A DNA stretch of 32,000 nucleotides from Candidatus Johnevansia muelleri (GTDB lineage: Bacteria; Pseudomonadota; Gammaproteobacteria; Johnevansiales; Johnevansiaceae), in contig LM655252.1 in assembly GCA_000953435.1 (NCBI GenBank), forward strand, positions 90,001 to 122,000, read 5' to 3'. Position 1 is the first letter of the stretch. Each line of letters starts with the position of its first letter. Shown here one piece after another: positions 1 to 11,900 of this stretch. The notes beneath the pieces were generated by a model that was not told the DNA's origin, searched no databases, and was given only the letters and a program-made list of their open reading frames with translations. The position numbers and the translations under genes were made by a program.

Positions 1-698
<698 letters not shown>

Positions 699-721
699 TT
701 ATTTTATTTATTAGGAAAATT

Positions 722-3700
722 ATGAATATATTTAAAAATGCTAATAATAAATTAAAAATTAATTTTGAAAAGACTAAAAAATTTCAAAAACAACTGGAAT
801 CTTTTAATTATATTAAAATTTCTCTTGCATCTCCAAAGATTATAGAATCTTGGTCTTTTGGTGAAATTAAAACTTCAGATACTATTAACTATCGTACACT
901 AAAACCTGAACACGATGGTCTTTTTTGTACAAAAATTTTTGGTCCAGTTGTAGACTATGAGTGTTGGTGTGGCAAATATAATCACAAAATGTTTCCAACT
1001 GTAATTTGTGAAAAATGTAATGTTGAAATTATAAAAGCAAAATCCCGTCGGGAACGTATGGGTCACATTAATTTATTTACTCCAGTTGCTCATATTTGGT
1101 TTATTAAATCGCAGCCTAATATGTTAAGTTTGTTATTAAATATGTCTATTTTTAATATAGAGCGTGTAATTTATTACGAATCTTTTATTGTTTTAAATCC
1201 AGGTATTACCCCCCTTCAAAAGGGCCAATTACTTACTAATAATCAATATTCCGAAGCACGTAAAGAGTTTAATGATGAATTTGAGGCTGATATGGGCGCT
1301 AAGGCTATAAAAAAATTACTTATTGATATTAACATAGATATGGAAATTTTTTATTTAAAAAAATATGAAAGTAATTTAAAAAATTATAATAAATTAAAAG
1401 TATTACAAGCATTTAAGGAATCTGGAAATAATCCAGATTGGATGATATTAGATGTAATACCAGTATTACCTCCAGATTTACGACCTTTATTACCATTAGA
1501 AGGGGGACGTTTTGCTAATTCTGATATTAATGATTTATATCGTAATATAATTCACCGTAATAATAGATTAAAAAAATTATTTAATATTCAATCTCCTGAT
1601 ATTATTATCAAAAATGAGAAACGCATGCTACAAGAGGCAGTTGACGCATTAATTGATAATGGTCGTAATGGTAGAATGGTTACTAATAATAAGCGTCCTT
1701 TAAAATCTATTGCTAACTTAATTAAAGGAAAACAAGGTAGGTTTAGACAAAATTTACTTGGTAAACGCGTTGATTATTCTGGTAGGACAGTTATTACTGT
1801 AGGTCCCAAGTTACGTTTATATCAGTGTGGTTTACCTAAAAAAATGGCTTTAGAACTTTTTAAACCTTTTGTTTTTTCAATATTACAAAGTTATGAAAAA
1901 GCTCTTACTATACAAAGTGCAAAAAAAAGTTTTAAACTTGAATCTAAAGAAGTTTGGGATGCTTTAAAAACTGTTATTAAAGACCATCCAATAATTTTAA
2001 ATAGAGCTCCTACATTACATAGGTTGGGGATACAAGCTTTTGAGCCTGTATTAATAGAAGAAAAGGCAATAAAATTACATCCTTTAGTTTGTTCAGCTTA
2101 TAATGCTGATTTTGACGGAGATCAGATGGCTGTACATATTCCACTAACATTAGAAGCACAACTTGAAGCAAGAACGTTACTGATGTCTAGCAATAATTTA
2201 TTATCTCCAGCTAATGGAACTCCAATTATTGTTCCATCTCAAGATATTGTTTTGGGTTTATATTACATGACTCATATAAAAATTCATGCTAAAGGTGAAG
2301 GATTAATTTTTTCAAATATTGATGAAATTGAAAGCGCATTAAATACAAAAAAAATTGATTTACATGCTATTATAAAAGTTAGAATTTGTGAATGGAGGCG
2401 TAATAAGAACACAGGTGTTTTAAGGAAAAAGTGTTCTATTTATCAAACTACAGTTGGTAGAGCTTTGTTGTTTCGATTATTACCGCATGGAATAGAATTT
2501 GAATTAGTTAATAAACCGTTGAAAAAAAAAGCTATATCAAAACTTATTAATGCAGTATATAGACGTTCAGGTATTAAAGAAACTGTTATAATTTCAGATA
2601 AACTTATGGAAATTGGATTTAATTTAGCAACTTTTTCTGGTACAACTATTGGAGTGGATGATTTAATTATACCTAATTCTAAAAAATCAACAATTGATTA
2701 TGCAGAAAATACAATTAAAAATCTTAACTTACAATTTAATAAAGGTTTAATAACTGAAAATGAAAAATATAATAAAACTATTGATGTTTGGTTAAAAACT
2801 AATGAAACCATTGCTAAGAACATGATGGGAGGCATTTCTAAAGAAATTTTTATTAATAAAGAAGGAATAAATATTCAACAATATTCATTCCAAAATATTT
2901 TTATTATTGCTGATTCAGGTGCACGGGGCTCTGAAACACAAATTCGTCAAATTGCTGGAATGCGAGGTTTAATGGCTAAACCAGACGGTTCAATTATTGA
3001 AACTCCTATAAAAGCAAATTTTAGAGAAGGATTGACTGTACTTGAGTATTTTATATCAACACATGGTGCACGTAAAGGATTAGCAGATACTGCATTAAAA
3101 ACAGCAAATTCTGGTTATTTAACTAGGCGTCTTGTTGACGTATCCCAAGATGTAGTTATTACTGAAATTAATTGCGGGTCTCAATCAGGGTTAAGTATGG
3201 AATCAATAATTGACGGTAGTAATGTTCTTGTTTCTCTTTCAGATAGAGTTTTAGGTAGAGTTTTATCTCGTGATATAGTAGATTCATATAATAATGTATT
3301 AATAATAAAAAATACGTTAATAGATGAAACGTTGTGTAAAAAAATTGATTATCTTAAAATAAGGAAAATTTGGGTACGTAGCATTCTTACTTGCAACACA
3401 ATGTATGGTGCATGTGCTATGTGTTATGGGCGTGATTTAGCCAGGGGATCTTTGGTAAATGTTGGTGAACCAGTTGGTGTTATAGCAGCTCAATCAATTG
3501 GTGAACCAGGAACCCAATTGACAATGCGTACTTTTCATTTTGGGGGAGCTGTATCACGTTCTTTGATTATAGATTCAATTACTGTAAAATATGGTGGAAT
3601 AGTTAAATTTAATAATATTAAATTAATATACGGGGTAACTAATATATTAGTTTCTAGATATAGTTCCATATCAATATTAGATGAAGAATTTAATTTAGAA

Positions 3701-4828
3701 ATTGAATATTATAAAGTACCTTACGGGGCAGAAATTTTTGTGAATGATGCAGAACATATTGATTCAGGAAGAATTATCGCAAAATGGGATCCTTATATGC
3801 ATCCTATAATTACTGAATTTTCAGGTAAAGTTAAATTTGTAAATATGGAAGAGGGTGTGACAATATCAAGTATTGTTTATGAAAACACTATATCTATAAG
3901 AATTCTATACGAAAAAAATAGACCATATTTAGGATCTTATAAGCAGCCAAGGATTATATTGCTAGATAAAAATGATAATCCCGTGATGTATTATAAATCT
4001 AATATACCAGTTCAATATATATTACCTGGAGGTGCTATTGTATTAGTAATTAATGGCTTATATATTAATTCAGGATATATATTAGCACGTATTCCCATAG
4101 ACTTATCTGTTAATAAAGATATTACTGGGGGTTTAACCCGTGTGGCAAATATATTTGAGGCACGTAGACCACAAAATGCAGCTATTTTAGCTGAAATGTC
4201 AGGTACTGTTACTTTTGGAAATGAAATAAAAGGTAAGCGTAATTTAATAATAACCCCAGATAAAGGTGACCCGTATGAAAGTTTACTACCTATATCGCGT
4301 AATCTAAATGTATTAGAAGGAGAAATAGTAAAAAAAGGAGAAATAATTTCAGATGGATTACTTGATCCTCACGATATTTTACGTTTATTAGGTATTTCAG
4401 AATTATCTAAACATATTACAAATGAAATCCAAGAGGTATATAGATTACAAGGTGTAAGTATTAATGATAAACATATAGAAGTTATTATACGTCAAATGTT
4501 GAGTAAAGTAGAAATTATTGATCCAGGAGATAGCGAATTTTTAAAAGGTGAAAAAATTGAATTTTTAAAAGTTATAAAAAAAAATCTTATACTTAAAAAA
4601 AACAACATGTTACCTATAAAATATAATAGAATTATATTGGGGATTACAAAAGCTTCTCTTATAACAGAATCATTTATATCTGCGGCTTCCTTTCAAGAAA
4701 CAACAAGAATATTAATTGATGCTGCACTTGCTGGTAAGTGTGATTATTTAAAAGGATTAAAGGAGAATGTTATAGTAGGAAGATTAATTCCTGCTGGTAC
4801 AGGTCTTATGACTCACCAAAAATTTTAA
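722..4828 (+). CDS. rpoC: DNA-directed RNA polymerase beta' subunit
   Basis: ORF of 1368 aa with the N-terminal Zn-binding CWCGKY...CEKC, the catalytic [12 protein letters not shown] motif and conserved [24 protein letters not shown] lies upstream. Confidence 0.97.
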   Translation: MNIFKNANNKLKINFEKTKKFQKQLESFNYIKISLASPKIIESWSFGEIKTSDTINYRTLKPEHDGLFCTKIFGPVVDYECWCGKYNHKMFPTVICEKCNVEIIKAKSRRERMGHINLFTPVAHIWFIKSQPNMLSLLLNMSIFNIERVIYYESFIVLNPGITPLQKGQLLTNNQYSEARKEFNDEFEADMGAKAIKKLLIDINIDMEIFYLKKYESNLKNYNKLKVLQAFKESGNNPDWMILDVIPVLPPDLRPLLPLEGGRFANSDINDLYRNIIHRNNRLKKLFNIQSPDIIIKNEKRMLQEAVDALIDNGRNGRMVTNNKRPLKSIANLIKGKQGRFRQNLLGKRVDYSGRTVITVGPKLRLYQCGLPKKMALELFKPFVFSILQSYEKALTIQSAKKSFKLESKEVWDALKTVIKDHPIILNRAPTLHRLGIQAFEPVLIEEKAIKLHPLVCSAYNADFDGDQMAVHIPLTLEAQLEARTLLMSSNNLLSPANGTPIIVPSQDIVLGLYYMTHIKIHAKGEGLIFSNIDEIESALNTKKIDLHAIIKVRICEWRRNKNTGVLRKKCSIYQTTVGRALLFRLLPHGIEFELVNKPLKKKAISKLINAVYRRSGIKETVIISDKLMEIGFNLATFSGTTIGVDDLIIPNSKKSTIDYAENTIKNLNLQFNKGLITENEKYNKTIDVWLKTNETIAKNMMGGISKEIFINKEGINIQQYSFQNIFIIADSGARGSETQIRQIAGMRGLMAKPDGSIIETPIKANFREGLTVLEYFISTHGARKGLADTALKTANSGYLTRRLVDVSQDVVITEINCGSQSGLSMESIIDGSNVLVSLSDRVLGRVLSRDIVDSYNNVLIIKNTLIDETLCKKIDYLKIRKIWVRSILTCNTMYGACAMCYGRDLARGSLVNVGEPVGVIAAQSIGEPGTQLTMRTFHFGGAVSRSLIIDSITVKYGGIVKFNNIKLIYGVTNILVSRYSSISILDEEFNLEIEYYKVPYGAEIFVNDAEHIDSGRIIAKWDPYMHPIITEFSGKVKFVNMEEGVTISSIVYENTISIRILYEKNRPYLGSYKQPRIILLDKNDNPVMYYKSNIPVQYILPGGAIVLVINGLYINSGYILARIPIDLSVNKDITGGLTRVANIFEARRPQNAAILAEMSGTVTFGNEIKGKRNLIITPDKGDPYESLLPISRNLNVLEGEIVKKGEIISDGLLDPHDILRLLGISELSKHITNEIQEVYRLQGVSINDKHIEVIIRQMLSKVEIIDPGDSEFLKGEKIEFLKVIKKNLILKKNNMLPIKYNRIILGITKASLITESFISAASFQETTRILIDAALAGKCDYLKGLKENVIVGRLIPAGTGLMTHQKF

Positions 4829-4842
4829 ATAATGGAGGCATA

Positions 4843-5214
4843 ATGACTACAATTAACCAACTTGTACGTATACCACGTAAAAAACCTATTAATAAGAGTG
4901 ATGTTCCCGCTCTTAAATCATGTCCACAAAAAAGAGGAGTGTGTATTAGAGTTTATACAACTACTCCAAAAAAACCCAATTCAGCATTACGTAAAGTATG
5001 TAGGGTTAGACTAAAAAATGGTTTTGAAGTAACTTCCTATATTGGTGGAGAAGGCCATAACCTTCAAGAACACTCGAGTGTATTAATTCGTGGGGGTAGG
5101 GTAAAAGATTTACCAGGTGTACGTTATCATACAATTCGTGGCGTTCTTGATACTTTAGGAGTTAAAAACAGAAAACGTGGACGTTCCAAATATGGTACAA
5201 AATCTAAATCATAA
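4843..5214 (+). CDS. rpsL: 30S ribosomal protein S12
   Basis: 123 aa. MTTINQLVR...[18 protein letters not shown]...[13 protein letters not shown] is a typical S12 sequence, in the str operon position. Confidence 0.97.
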   Translation: MTTINQLVRIPRKKPINKSDVPALKSCPQKRGVCIRVYTTTPKKPNSALRKVCRVRLKNGFEVTSYIGGEGHNLQEHSSVLIRGGRVKDLPGVRYHTIRGVLDTLGVKNRKRGRSKYGTKSKS

Positions 5215-5248
5215 TTACATATTAATTTAAATATATTTAGGGGTAAAA

Positions 5249-5719
5249 ATGTCTAGACGTCGTAGAAAATATACTCGTGAAATTTTACATGATCCCAAAT
5301 TTCAAAATTTACGTATATCTAAATTTATAAATCATTTAATGATTGATGGAAAAAAATCTGTTGCACAAAAAATAATTTACAGCGTAATTACTAAATTAGA
5401 GGGTTATAATAATATAGCACCATTAAATCTTTTTGAAAAATCAATAGATACTATTAAACCATTTTTGGAAGTTAAATCACGGAAGGTAGGTGGTGCTACC
5501 TATCAAATCCCAGTTGAAGTACATCCAGAAAGAAGTGAAACATTAGCAATGCGTTGGATAATTGAATCTGCTAGGTCACGTTTTGAAAAAAAAATGGTAA
5601 ATCGACTTTATAATGAAATTATAGATATTTTAGAAAATAAAGGAAATGCTATAAAAAAACGTGACTCGGCTCATCGTATGGCTGAAGCTAATAAAGCATT
5701 TTCACATGTTCGATTTTAA
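5249..5719 (+). CDS. rpsG: 30S ribosomal protein S7
   Basis: 156 aa. MSRRRR...EVKSRKVGGATYQIPVEV...HRMAEANKAFSHVRF matches S7 end to end. Confidence 0.97.
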   Translation: MSRRRRKYTREILHDPKFQNLRISKFINHLMIDGKKSVAQKIIYSVITKLEGYNNIAPLNLFEKSIDTIKPFLEVKSRKVGGATYQIPVEVHPERSETLAMRWIIESARSRFEKKMVNRLYNEIIDILENKGNAIKKRDSAHRMAEANKAFSHVRF

Positions 5720-5749
5720 TTAAAATTTAATTTTTTGAGATTCACTATC

Positions 5750-7858
5750 GTGACACGTAAAACGTATATTAATCTTTATCGCAATATTGGTATTGTTGCT
5801 CATGTAGATGCTGGTAAAACAACTACTACTGAAAGAGTGCTTTTTTATACTGGTATTTCACATAAAATGGGTGAAGTGCATGATGGTACTGCTACTACTG
5901 ATTGGATGGAGCAAGAGCAGGAGCGTGGTATTACTATTACTTCAGCTGCTGTTACAACTTTTTGGAAAGGAATGAATCAGCAATTTGATAATCATCGTAT
6001 TAATATTATAGATACTCCAGGTCATGTTGATTTTACAATTGAAGTTGAACGATCTTTGCGTGTACTTGACGGTGCTGTGGTAGTATTATGTGGTTCTTCA
6101 GGGGTACAGCCACAAACTGAAACAGTTTGGAAACAAGCTAATAAATATGAAGTTCCACGTATTATTTTCGTAAATAAAATGGATCGATTGGGGGCTGATT
6201 TATTTCGTGTAGTAAAACAGATTAAAGACCGTCTAAAATGTAATGCTGTACTGATTCAAATAAATTGGGGAATAGAAGATAACTTTAAAGGCATTATTGA
6301 TTTAATTGAAATGAAGGCTATTTCTTGGAATGATGAAAATAAAGGCATGACTTATAAATTAAGTACTATTCCAGATTATTTATATAATTTGGCTTCTATA
6401 TATAGAGATAATATGATAGAAGCTGCTGCAGAAGCCTCTGAAACATTGATGGAAAAATATATCGAAACAGGTGAGCTAACTAAAGAAGAAATTAAATATG
6501 GATTACGGAAACGTACACTAAATAATGAAATTGTTTTAATAACATGTGGATCAGCTTTTAAAAATAAAGGAGTACAATCTGTTCTTGATGCTATAATAGA
6601 ATATTTACCTTCTCCATTCGAGGTAAAGGCTATAGAAGGAGAAGGAGAGGATAGTATAATAGAAAAACGTGAAGCAAAAGATGATGCACCATTTGCAGCC
6701 CTGGCATTTAAAATAGCTAATGATTCTTTTGTAGGTAATTTGACTTTTATTAGGGTTTATTCTGGTATATTAAAATTAGGTGATAGTGTTTATAACTCTA
6801 CTAAAAAAAAAAAAGAGCGTATTAGCAGGCTTGTTCAAATGCATGCTAATTACAGAGAAGAAATAAAAGAAATATTTGCTGGAGATATTGCTGCATGTGT
6901 TGGGCTTAAAAATACAACAACTGGAGATACACTATGTGCTATTGATGCAAAAATAATTTTAGAAAAAATGGATTTCCCTAATCCTGTTATTTCTGTTGCA
7001 GTTGAACCTAAATCGAAAGCTGATCAAGAAAAAATGATAAATGCTTTAAATAAACTTGCTAAAGAAGATCCTTCTTTTAAAGTTAAAATTGAAAAAGAAA
7101 CAGGTCAAACAATTATTTCTGGTATGGGGGAGCTTCATCTAGACATTATTGTTGATAGAATGTTAAGAGAATTTCAAGTAGAAGCAAATATAGGTAAACC
7201 CCAAGTTGCTTATAGAGAAACTATCAAAGAAGTTGTTGAACAAGAAGGTAAATTTATACGTCAGTCTGGAGGGAGAGGCCAATTTGGTCATGTTTGGTTA
7301 CGTATAGAGCCATTAACAGAAAAAGATAAAAATGGAAATGAAGAAATGATTTTTAAATTTCAGTCCAAAATTGTTGGGGGGGTAGTTCCTAAAGAATATA
7401 TTCCAGCTATTGAAAAAGGGGCTTTTGAAAGATTGCAAACTGGCATTATTGCTGGTTATCCTATGATTAATGTAAAAGTTACATTGTTTGATGGTTCATA
7501 TCATGATGTTGATTCAAACGAAAATGCTTTTAAGATTGCGTCTTCTATAGCAATTAAAGAAGGTGCTAAGAGGGCAGGTGCTATTTTACTTGAGCCAATT
7601 ATGCTAGTAGAAGTTATAACTCCAGATAATTTTATGGGGGATGTAATGGGCGATTTAACACGTCGTCGGGGGTTGGTTCAGGGCATAGAGGATTCTCCAT
7701 CTGGTATTATTATACGCGCTATGGTACCATTAGGTGAAATGTTTGGTTATGCTACTGATTTGCGTTCACAAACTCAAGGTCGTGCAAGTTATTCAATGGA
7801 GTTTGCCAAATATAATGAAGCACCATATAGTGTTGTTGAATCACTAATTAAAAATTAA
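5750..7858 (+). CDS. fusA: Elongation factor G
   Basis: G-domain [20 protein letters not shown] and NKMD motifs. The GTG at 5750 gives an N-terminus (V)[14 protein letters not shown] colinear with E. coli MARTTPIARYRNIGI. The ORF-track TTG at 5735 would add 5 unsupported codons. Confidence 0.93.
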   Translation: MTRKTYINLYRNIGIVAHVDAGKTTTTERVLFYTGISHKMGEVHDGTATTDWMEQEQERGITITSAAVTTFWKGMNQQFDNHRINIIDTPGHVDFTIEVERSLRVLDGAVVVLCGSSGVQPQTETVWKQANKYEVPRIIFVNKMDRLGADLFRVVKQIKDRLKCNAVLIQINWGIEDNFKGIIDLIEMKAISWNDENKGMTYKLSTIPDYLYNLASIYRDNMIEAAAEASETLMEKYIETGELTKEEIKYGLRKRTLNNEIVLITCGSAFKNKGVQSVLDAIIEYLPSPFEVKAIEGEGEDSIIEKREAKDDAPFAALAFKIANDSFVGNLTFIRVYSGILKLGDSVYNSTKKKKERISRLVQMHANYREEIKEIFAGDIAACVGLKNTTTGDTLCAIDAKIILEKMDFPNPVISVAVEPKSKADQEKMINALNKLAKEDPSFKVKIEKETGQTIISGMGELHLDIIVDRMLREFQVEANIGKPQVAYRETIKEVVEQEGKFIRQSGGRGQFGHVWLRIEPLTEKDKNGNEEMIFKFQSKIVGGVVPKEYIPAIEKGAFERLQTGIIAGYPMINVKVTLFDGSYHDVDSNENAFKIASSIAIKEGAKRAGAILLEPIMLVEVITPDNFMGDVMGDLTRRRGLVQGIEDSPSGIIIRAMVPLGEMFGYATDLRSQTQGRASYSMEFAKYNEAPYSVVESLIKN

Positions 7859-7964
7859 TTAGTAGTTCAACTAATGATATCATCATAATCTTTAAAACAT
7901 AAGTTTGGGTACTATATGTACCAATACTGTTAAAAATTAATTATTAGTTTAAAGGATGATAAAA

Positions 7965-9158
7965 GTGGCTAAAGAAATATATAATCGTAATCTTCCTAAC
8001 ATCAGTGTTGGGACTATAGGTCATGTAGACCATGGTAAAACTACATTAACTGCAGCATTAACTCGTGTTGCGTCTGAAGCTTTTGGTGGCGAATTGCGGC
8101 CATTTGAATCTATTGATAATGCTCCTGAAGAACGCGAACGTGGTATCACTATTTCAACAGCGCATGTTGAATATCGTTCTAAAATACGGCATTATGCTCA
8201 TATTGACTGTCCAGGACATGCTGATTATGTAAAAAATATGATTACTGGCGCTGCGCAGATGGATGGTGCCATTTTAGTTTGTTCTGCTGCTGATGGTCCT
8301 ATGCCGCAAACACGTGAACATATTTTGTTATCTAGACAGGTTGGAGTTCCCTATATTGTTGTATTTTTGAATAAGGCAGATATGGTGGATGATAAAGAGT
8401 TACTTGAATTAGTTGAAATAGAAGTACGTGAACTTTTAAATAATTATGATTTTCCAGGAGATAATACTCCAGTAATAATAGGATCTGCATTAATGGCTCT
8501 AGAAGGTAGAGATGAAAATGGTATGGGTACTACAGCTGTATCTAATTTGATTAAGGCTTTAGATAATTATATTCCAGAACCCAAAAGGTTGATTGATAAA
8601 CCATTTCTTATGCCTATTGAAGATGTATTTTCAATATCTGGTAGGGGTACAGTGGTTACCGGGAGAATAGAGCGAGGTATAGTAAAAAATGGTGATGAAG
8701 TTGAAATAGTTGGAATTAAAGATACATGTAAAACAACTGTTACCGGAGTTGAAATGTTCAGAAAATTATTAGATGAAGGTAGAGCGGGTGAAAATATTGG
8801 AGCATTATTACGGGGTATAAAACGTGAGGAAGTTATGCGTGGGCAAATTCTTGCTAAGCCTGGGTCAATTACTCCCCATCTTAAATTTGAAGCAGAAGTT
8901 TATGTTCTTTCAAAAGAAGAAGGAGGTCGTCATACTCCATTTTTTAAAGGTTATCGGCCACAGTTTTATTTCCGTACTACTGATGTAACTGGTATATGCG
9001 AGTTTCCGAAAGGTGTTGAAATGGTTCTTCCTGGTGATAATGTTAAAATGGTAATTTCATTAATTGCTCCAATTGCAATGGAAGAAGGCTTACGGTTTGC
9101 TATTCGTGAAGGTGGTAAAACCGTTGGTGCTGGTTTAGTACTTAATATAATACAGTAA
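7965..9158 (+). CDS. tuf: Elongation factor Tu
   Basis: [18 protein letters not shown] and NKADMV motifs. The GTG at 7965 gives (V)[20 protein letters not shown], the same length as E. coli [21 protein letters not shown]. The AAGGA SD overlaps the alternative ATG at 7956, so it is better spaced for 7965. Confidence 0.93.
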   Translation: MAKEIYNRNLPNISVGTIGHVDHGKTTLTAALTRVASEAFGGELRPFESIDNAPEERERGITISTAHVEYRSKIRHYAHIDCPGHADYVKNMITGAAQMDGAILVCSAADGPMPQTREHILLSRQVGVPYIVVFLNKADMVDDKELLELVEIEVRELLNNYDFPGDNTPVIIGSALMALEGRDENGMGTTAVSNLIKALDNYIPEPKRLIDKPFLMPIEDVFSISGRGTVVTGRIERGIVKNGDEVEIVGIKDTCKTTVTGVEMFRKLLDEGRAGENIGALLRGIKREEVMRGQILAKPGSITPHLKFEAEVYVLSKEEGGRHTPFFKGYRPQFYFRTTDVTGICEFPKGVEMVLPGDNVKMVISLIAPIAMEEGLRFAIREGGKTVGAGLVLNIIQ

Positions 9159-9177
9159 GCATTTATAGGGTTTTAAA

Positions 9178-9486
9178 TTGCAAAATAAAAAATTAAAAAT
9201 TAGATTAAAATCATTTGACTATCATAGAATTGATAATTTTGCTAAAGTAATAATTAATGAAATTAAATCTACTGGTGCTAAAATTAGTGGACCAATTCCG
9301 CTGCCTACTAATATAAAAAAATATACTGTGCTTATTTCACCACATGTAAATAAAGATGCAAGAGATCAGTATGAAATACGCACACATAATCGTATTTTAT
9401 ATATTTTATCACCTACAATAAAAACAATAGATATTTTACTTAAGATGGATATACATATTGGCGTATATTTACAAGTGAATATTTAA
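9178..9486 (+). CDS. rpsJ: 30S ribosomal protein S10 (TTG start)
   Basis: 102 aa. (M)QNKKLKIRLKSFDY...SPHVNKDARDQYEIRTH matches S10. The TTG start is preceded by AGGG 7 nt upstream. Confidence 0.95.
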   Translation: MQNKKLKIRLKSFDYHRIDNFAKVIINEIKSTGAKISGPIPLPTNIKKYTVLISPHVNKDARDQYEIRTHNRILYILSPTIKTIDILLKMDIHIGVYLQVNI

Positions 9487-9488
9487 AA

Positions 9489-9497
9489 GGGGGGGGG
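9489..9497 (+). promoter_or_regulatory. G9 homopolymer acting as the presumed Shine-Dalgarno element directly abutting the rplC ATG
   Basis: The sequence AAAAGGGGGGGGGATG lies between the rpsJ stop (9484-9486) and the rplC start (9498). Confidence 0.6.
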
Positions 9498-10139
9498 ATG
9501 ATTGGTTTAGTGGGTAAAAAACAAGGAATGACTCGCATATTTAAAAAAAATGGTATTTATGTCCCTGTAACTGTTATTGCTATTGAATATAATAGAATTA
9601 TAAAAATAAAAACATTAATGTCTGATGGATATAGTGCTATACAAGTTACAATTGGTTCATGTAAATTTAAGCATTTATCCAAAGCTATATTAGGTAAAGT
9701 TAAAGGTATTGAATTAGGTAGATCAATTTTAGAATTTAATATTAATGAACATGATATAAATAATTTTAATGTAGGTGATAATATTACTGCATCTATTTTT
9801 AAAATAGGTGAAAAATTAGATGTAACTGGAATATCTAAAGGAAAAGGATTTCAAGGTGTAGTTAAAAGATGGAATTTTCGTACACAAGATATGACTCATG
9901 GAAACTCATTGTCTCATAGAGCACCTGGTTCTATTGGTCAGTGTCAAACTCCTGGGCGTGTTTTTAAAGGTAAAAAAATGTCTGGTCACATGGGGAATAA
10001 ACGTATAACGATACAGAATCTTGAAATAATCGATATTGATAGTAATATAATTCTTATAAAAGGAGCAATTCCAGGTGCTCAAGGTAACAATATAATTGTT
10101 CGTAGAACTATTAAAAATAGCAAAGTAAAGGCGCGTTAA
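9498..10139 (+). CDS. rplC: 50S ribosomal protein L3
   Basis: MIGLVGKKQGMTRIF...KGKGFQGVVKRWNFRTQDMTHGNSLSHRAPGSIGQCQTPGRVFKGKKM is a near-textbook L3 sequence. Confidence 0.97.
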   Translation: MIGLVGKKQGMTRIFKKNGIYVPVTVIAIEYNRIIKIKTLMSDGYSAIQVTIGSCKFKHLSKAILGKVKGIELGRSILEFNINEHDINNFNVGDNITASIFKIGEKLDVTGISKGKGFQGVVKRWNFRTQDMTHGNSLSHRAPGSIGQCQTPGRVFKGKKMSGHMGNKRITIQNLEIIDIDSNIILIKGAIPGAQGNNIIVRRTIKNSKVKAR

Positions 10140-10759
10140 TGAAACTTACTAGTATAGACATTAATTCTGATTTTTTTGAAATATATAGTTTAATTTTATC
10201 CAAATCATTTAATAAACCTATGATTCATCAATTAATTACTGCTTATCTATCTAATAATAGACAAGGCAGCAGCGCCCAAAAAAATAGATCTGATGTACGT
10301 GGTGGTGGTAAAAAACCTTGGAGGCAAAAAGGGTCCGGAAGAGCACGTGTAGGCACTATTTGTTCTCCGCTTTGGAGGTCGGGTGGAGTTACATTTGCCG
10401 CTAGGCAACAAGACCATTCAAAAAAAATGAATAGTAATATGTATCGTGCTACCATTTTTTCTATTTTTTATGAATTGATTCATCAAAATAGGTTGATTTT
10501 AATAAATAATTTTAATATTGACCTACACCAAACTAAACAGTTTTTTATAAATTTACAATATATTAAAAGTTTAATTAAAATTTATAAGGTTTTAATTATA
10601 ACAGAATTCATAGAACGAAATATCATTTTTGCTACGCGGAATATTTATAATTTGTCTATTATAGATTTATTATCAGTTAATCCTGTTACTTTAATTAAAT
10701 TTGATAAAGTGCTTATAACATTACAGACATGGCGTAAGTTAGAGGAATATTTTATATGA
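10139..10759 (+). CDS. rplD: 50S ribosomal protein L4
   Basis: 206 aa. RGGGKKPWRQKGSGRARVGTICSPLWRSGGVTFAAR is the L4 signature. The TAATG junction overlaps rplC by 1 nt. TGA stop. Confidence 0.95.
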   Translation: MKLTSIDINSDFFEIYSLILSKSFNKPMIHQLITAYLSNNRQGSSAQKNRSDVRGGGKKPWRQKGSGRARVGTICSPLWRSGGVTFAARQQDHSKKMNSNMYRATIFSIFYELIHQNRLILINNFNIDLHQTKQFFINLQYIKSLIKIYKVLIITEFIERNIIFATRNIYNLSIIDLLSVNPVTLIKFDKVLITLQTWRKLEEYFI

Positions 10760-11043
10760 AGCAAGAAATCATTTTCAAAGCATTATTAGGAACACATCTT
10801 AGTACAAAAACTAATGATTTTATTAAATATAATAAATATGTCTTTAAAGTAAATAAAAATTTATCAAAATATGAAATAAAAAAATCGGTTGAAATACTTT
10901 TTAAAACTAAAGTAAAAAAATTAAATGTGCTAAATATACATAAAAAAAATAGAAGTCGCTTTCATAATAATATAAGTAAACGATATAGCAAAGCTTATAT
11001 TACTTTAGCTCAAGGTAAAATATTACAATATTACAATATTTAA
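10756..11043 (+). CDS. rplW: 50S ribosomal protein L23
   Basis: 95 aa, with the operon position and length of L23, a KYEIKKSVEILF core and a KAYITL tail. The ATGA junction overlaps rplD. Confidence 0.88.
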   Translation: MKQEIIFKALLGTHLSTKTNDFIKYNKYVFKVNKNLSKYEIKKSVEILFKTKVKKLNVLNIHKKNRSRFHNNISKRYSKAYITLAQGKILQYYNI

Positions 11044-11052
11044 AGAGTGTTT

Positions 11053-11880
11053 ATGATAATTGTAAAAACTAAACCTACATCTCCAGGTCGTAGACACTTG
11101 GTAAAGATTATAAAACAGGGATTATATAATGGTCGCCCTAATGAATTATTAATAGAACGTCAAACTAGTAGTGGGGGTCGAAATAATAACGGTAGGATTA
11201 CTACCCGACATATGGGTGGGAGGCATCGTAGGCACTATCGCTTAATTGATTTTAAGCGTAATAAATATAATGTTCCAGCAATTGTAGAAAGAGTAGAATA
11301 TGATCCCAATCGTAGTGCACATATTGCTATGCTGAAATATATAGATGGTGAACGTAGGTATATAATTGCACCTAAAAATGTTTATATAGGAGATAAACTG
11401 GAATCTGGGAATAATTCTGCTATACGCAATGGTAATAATTTACAATTACGCAATATTCCAATTGGAACAATTATTCATTGTATTGAACTTAAACCTGGGA
11501 AAGGTGCACAACTAATTCGGAGTGCAGGTACTAGTGCTCAATTAATTGCTCATACAGATAATTATGCAACTGTACGTTTATGCTCTGGTGAAGTACGTCT
11601 AATTTTATTAGAATGTCGTGCAACAATTGGAGAAATAGGACACTCAGAACATAATCTACGCAAATTAGGTAAAGCTGGTGCAAAACGATGGAAAGGTTTA
11701 CGGCCTACTGTTCGGGGCGTTGCTATGAATCCTATTGATCATCCACATGGTGGTGGTGAAGGACGTACAAGTGGAGGACGTCATCCAGTTACTCCTTGGG
11801 GGGTACCTACTAAAGGTTATAAGACTCGTAAAAATAAATGTACGGATAAGTTAATTATCCGACGCATTAATATTAAATAA
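11053..11880 (+). CDS. rplB: 50S ribosomal protein L2
   Basis: [15 protein letters not shown]...[13 protein letters not shown]...[14 protein letters not shown]. The ATG at 11053 aligns with E. coli [14 protein letters not shown]. The GTG at 11047 in the ORF track is a possible alternative. Confidence 0.94.
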   Translation: MIIVKTKPTSPGRRHLVKIIKQGLYNGRPNELLIERQTSSGGRNNNGRITTRHMGGRHRRHYRLIDFKRNKYNVPAIVERVEYDPNRSAHIAMLKYIDGERRYIIAPKNVYIGDKLESGNNSAIRNGNNLQLRNIPIGTIIHCIELKPGKGAQLIRSAGTSAQLIAHTDNYATVRLCSGEVRLILLECRATIGEIGHSEHNLRKLGKAGAKRWKGLRPTVRGVAMNPIDHPHGGGEGRTSGGRHPVTPWGVPTKGYKTRKNKCTDKLIIRRINIK

Positions 11881-11900
11881 CATATTTTAAGGGGGATGCT

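Noticed and set aside
7859-7964. fusA-tuf spacer: palindromes TGATATCA (about 7875) and GGTAC-TATAT-GTACC (7908-7922), and TATAAT/TTGACA-like hexamers as a tuf promoter or terminator
   Set aside because: The stems are only 4-5 bp with no T-tract. In sequence this AT-rich, promoter-like hexamers occur by chance everywhere. I cannot support a call without transcript-end data.
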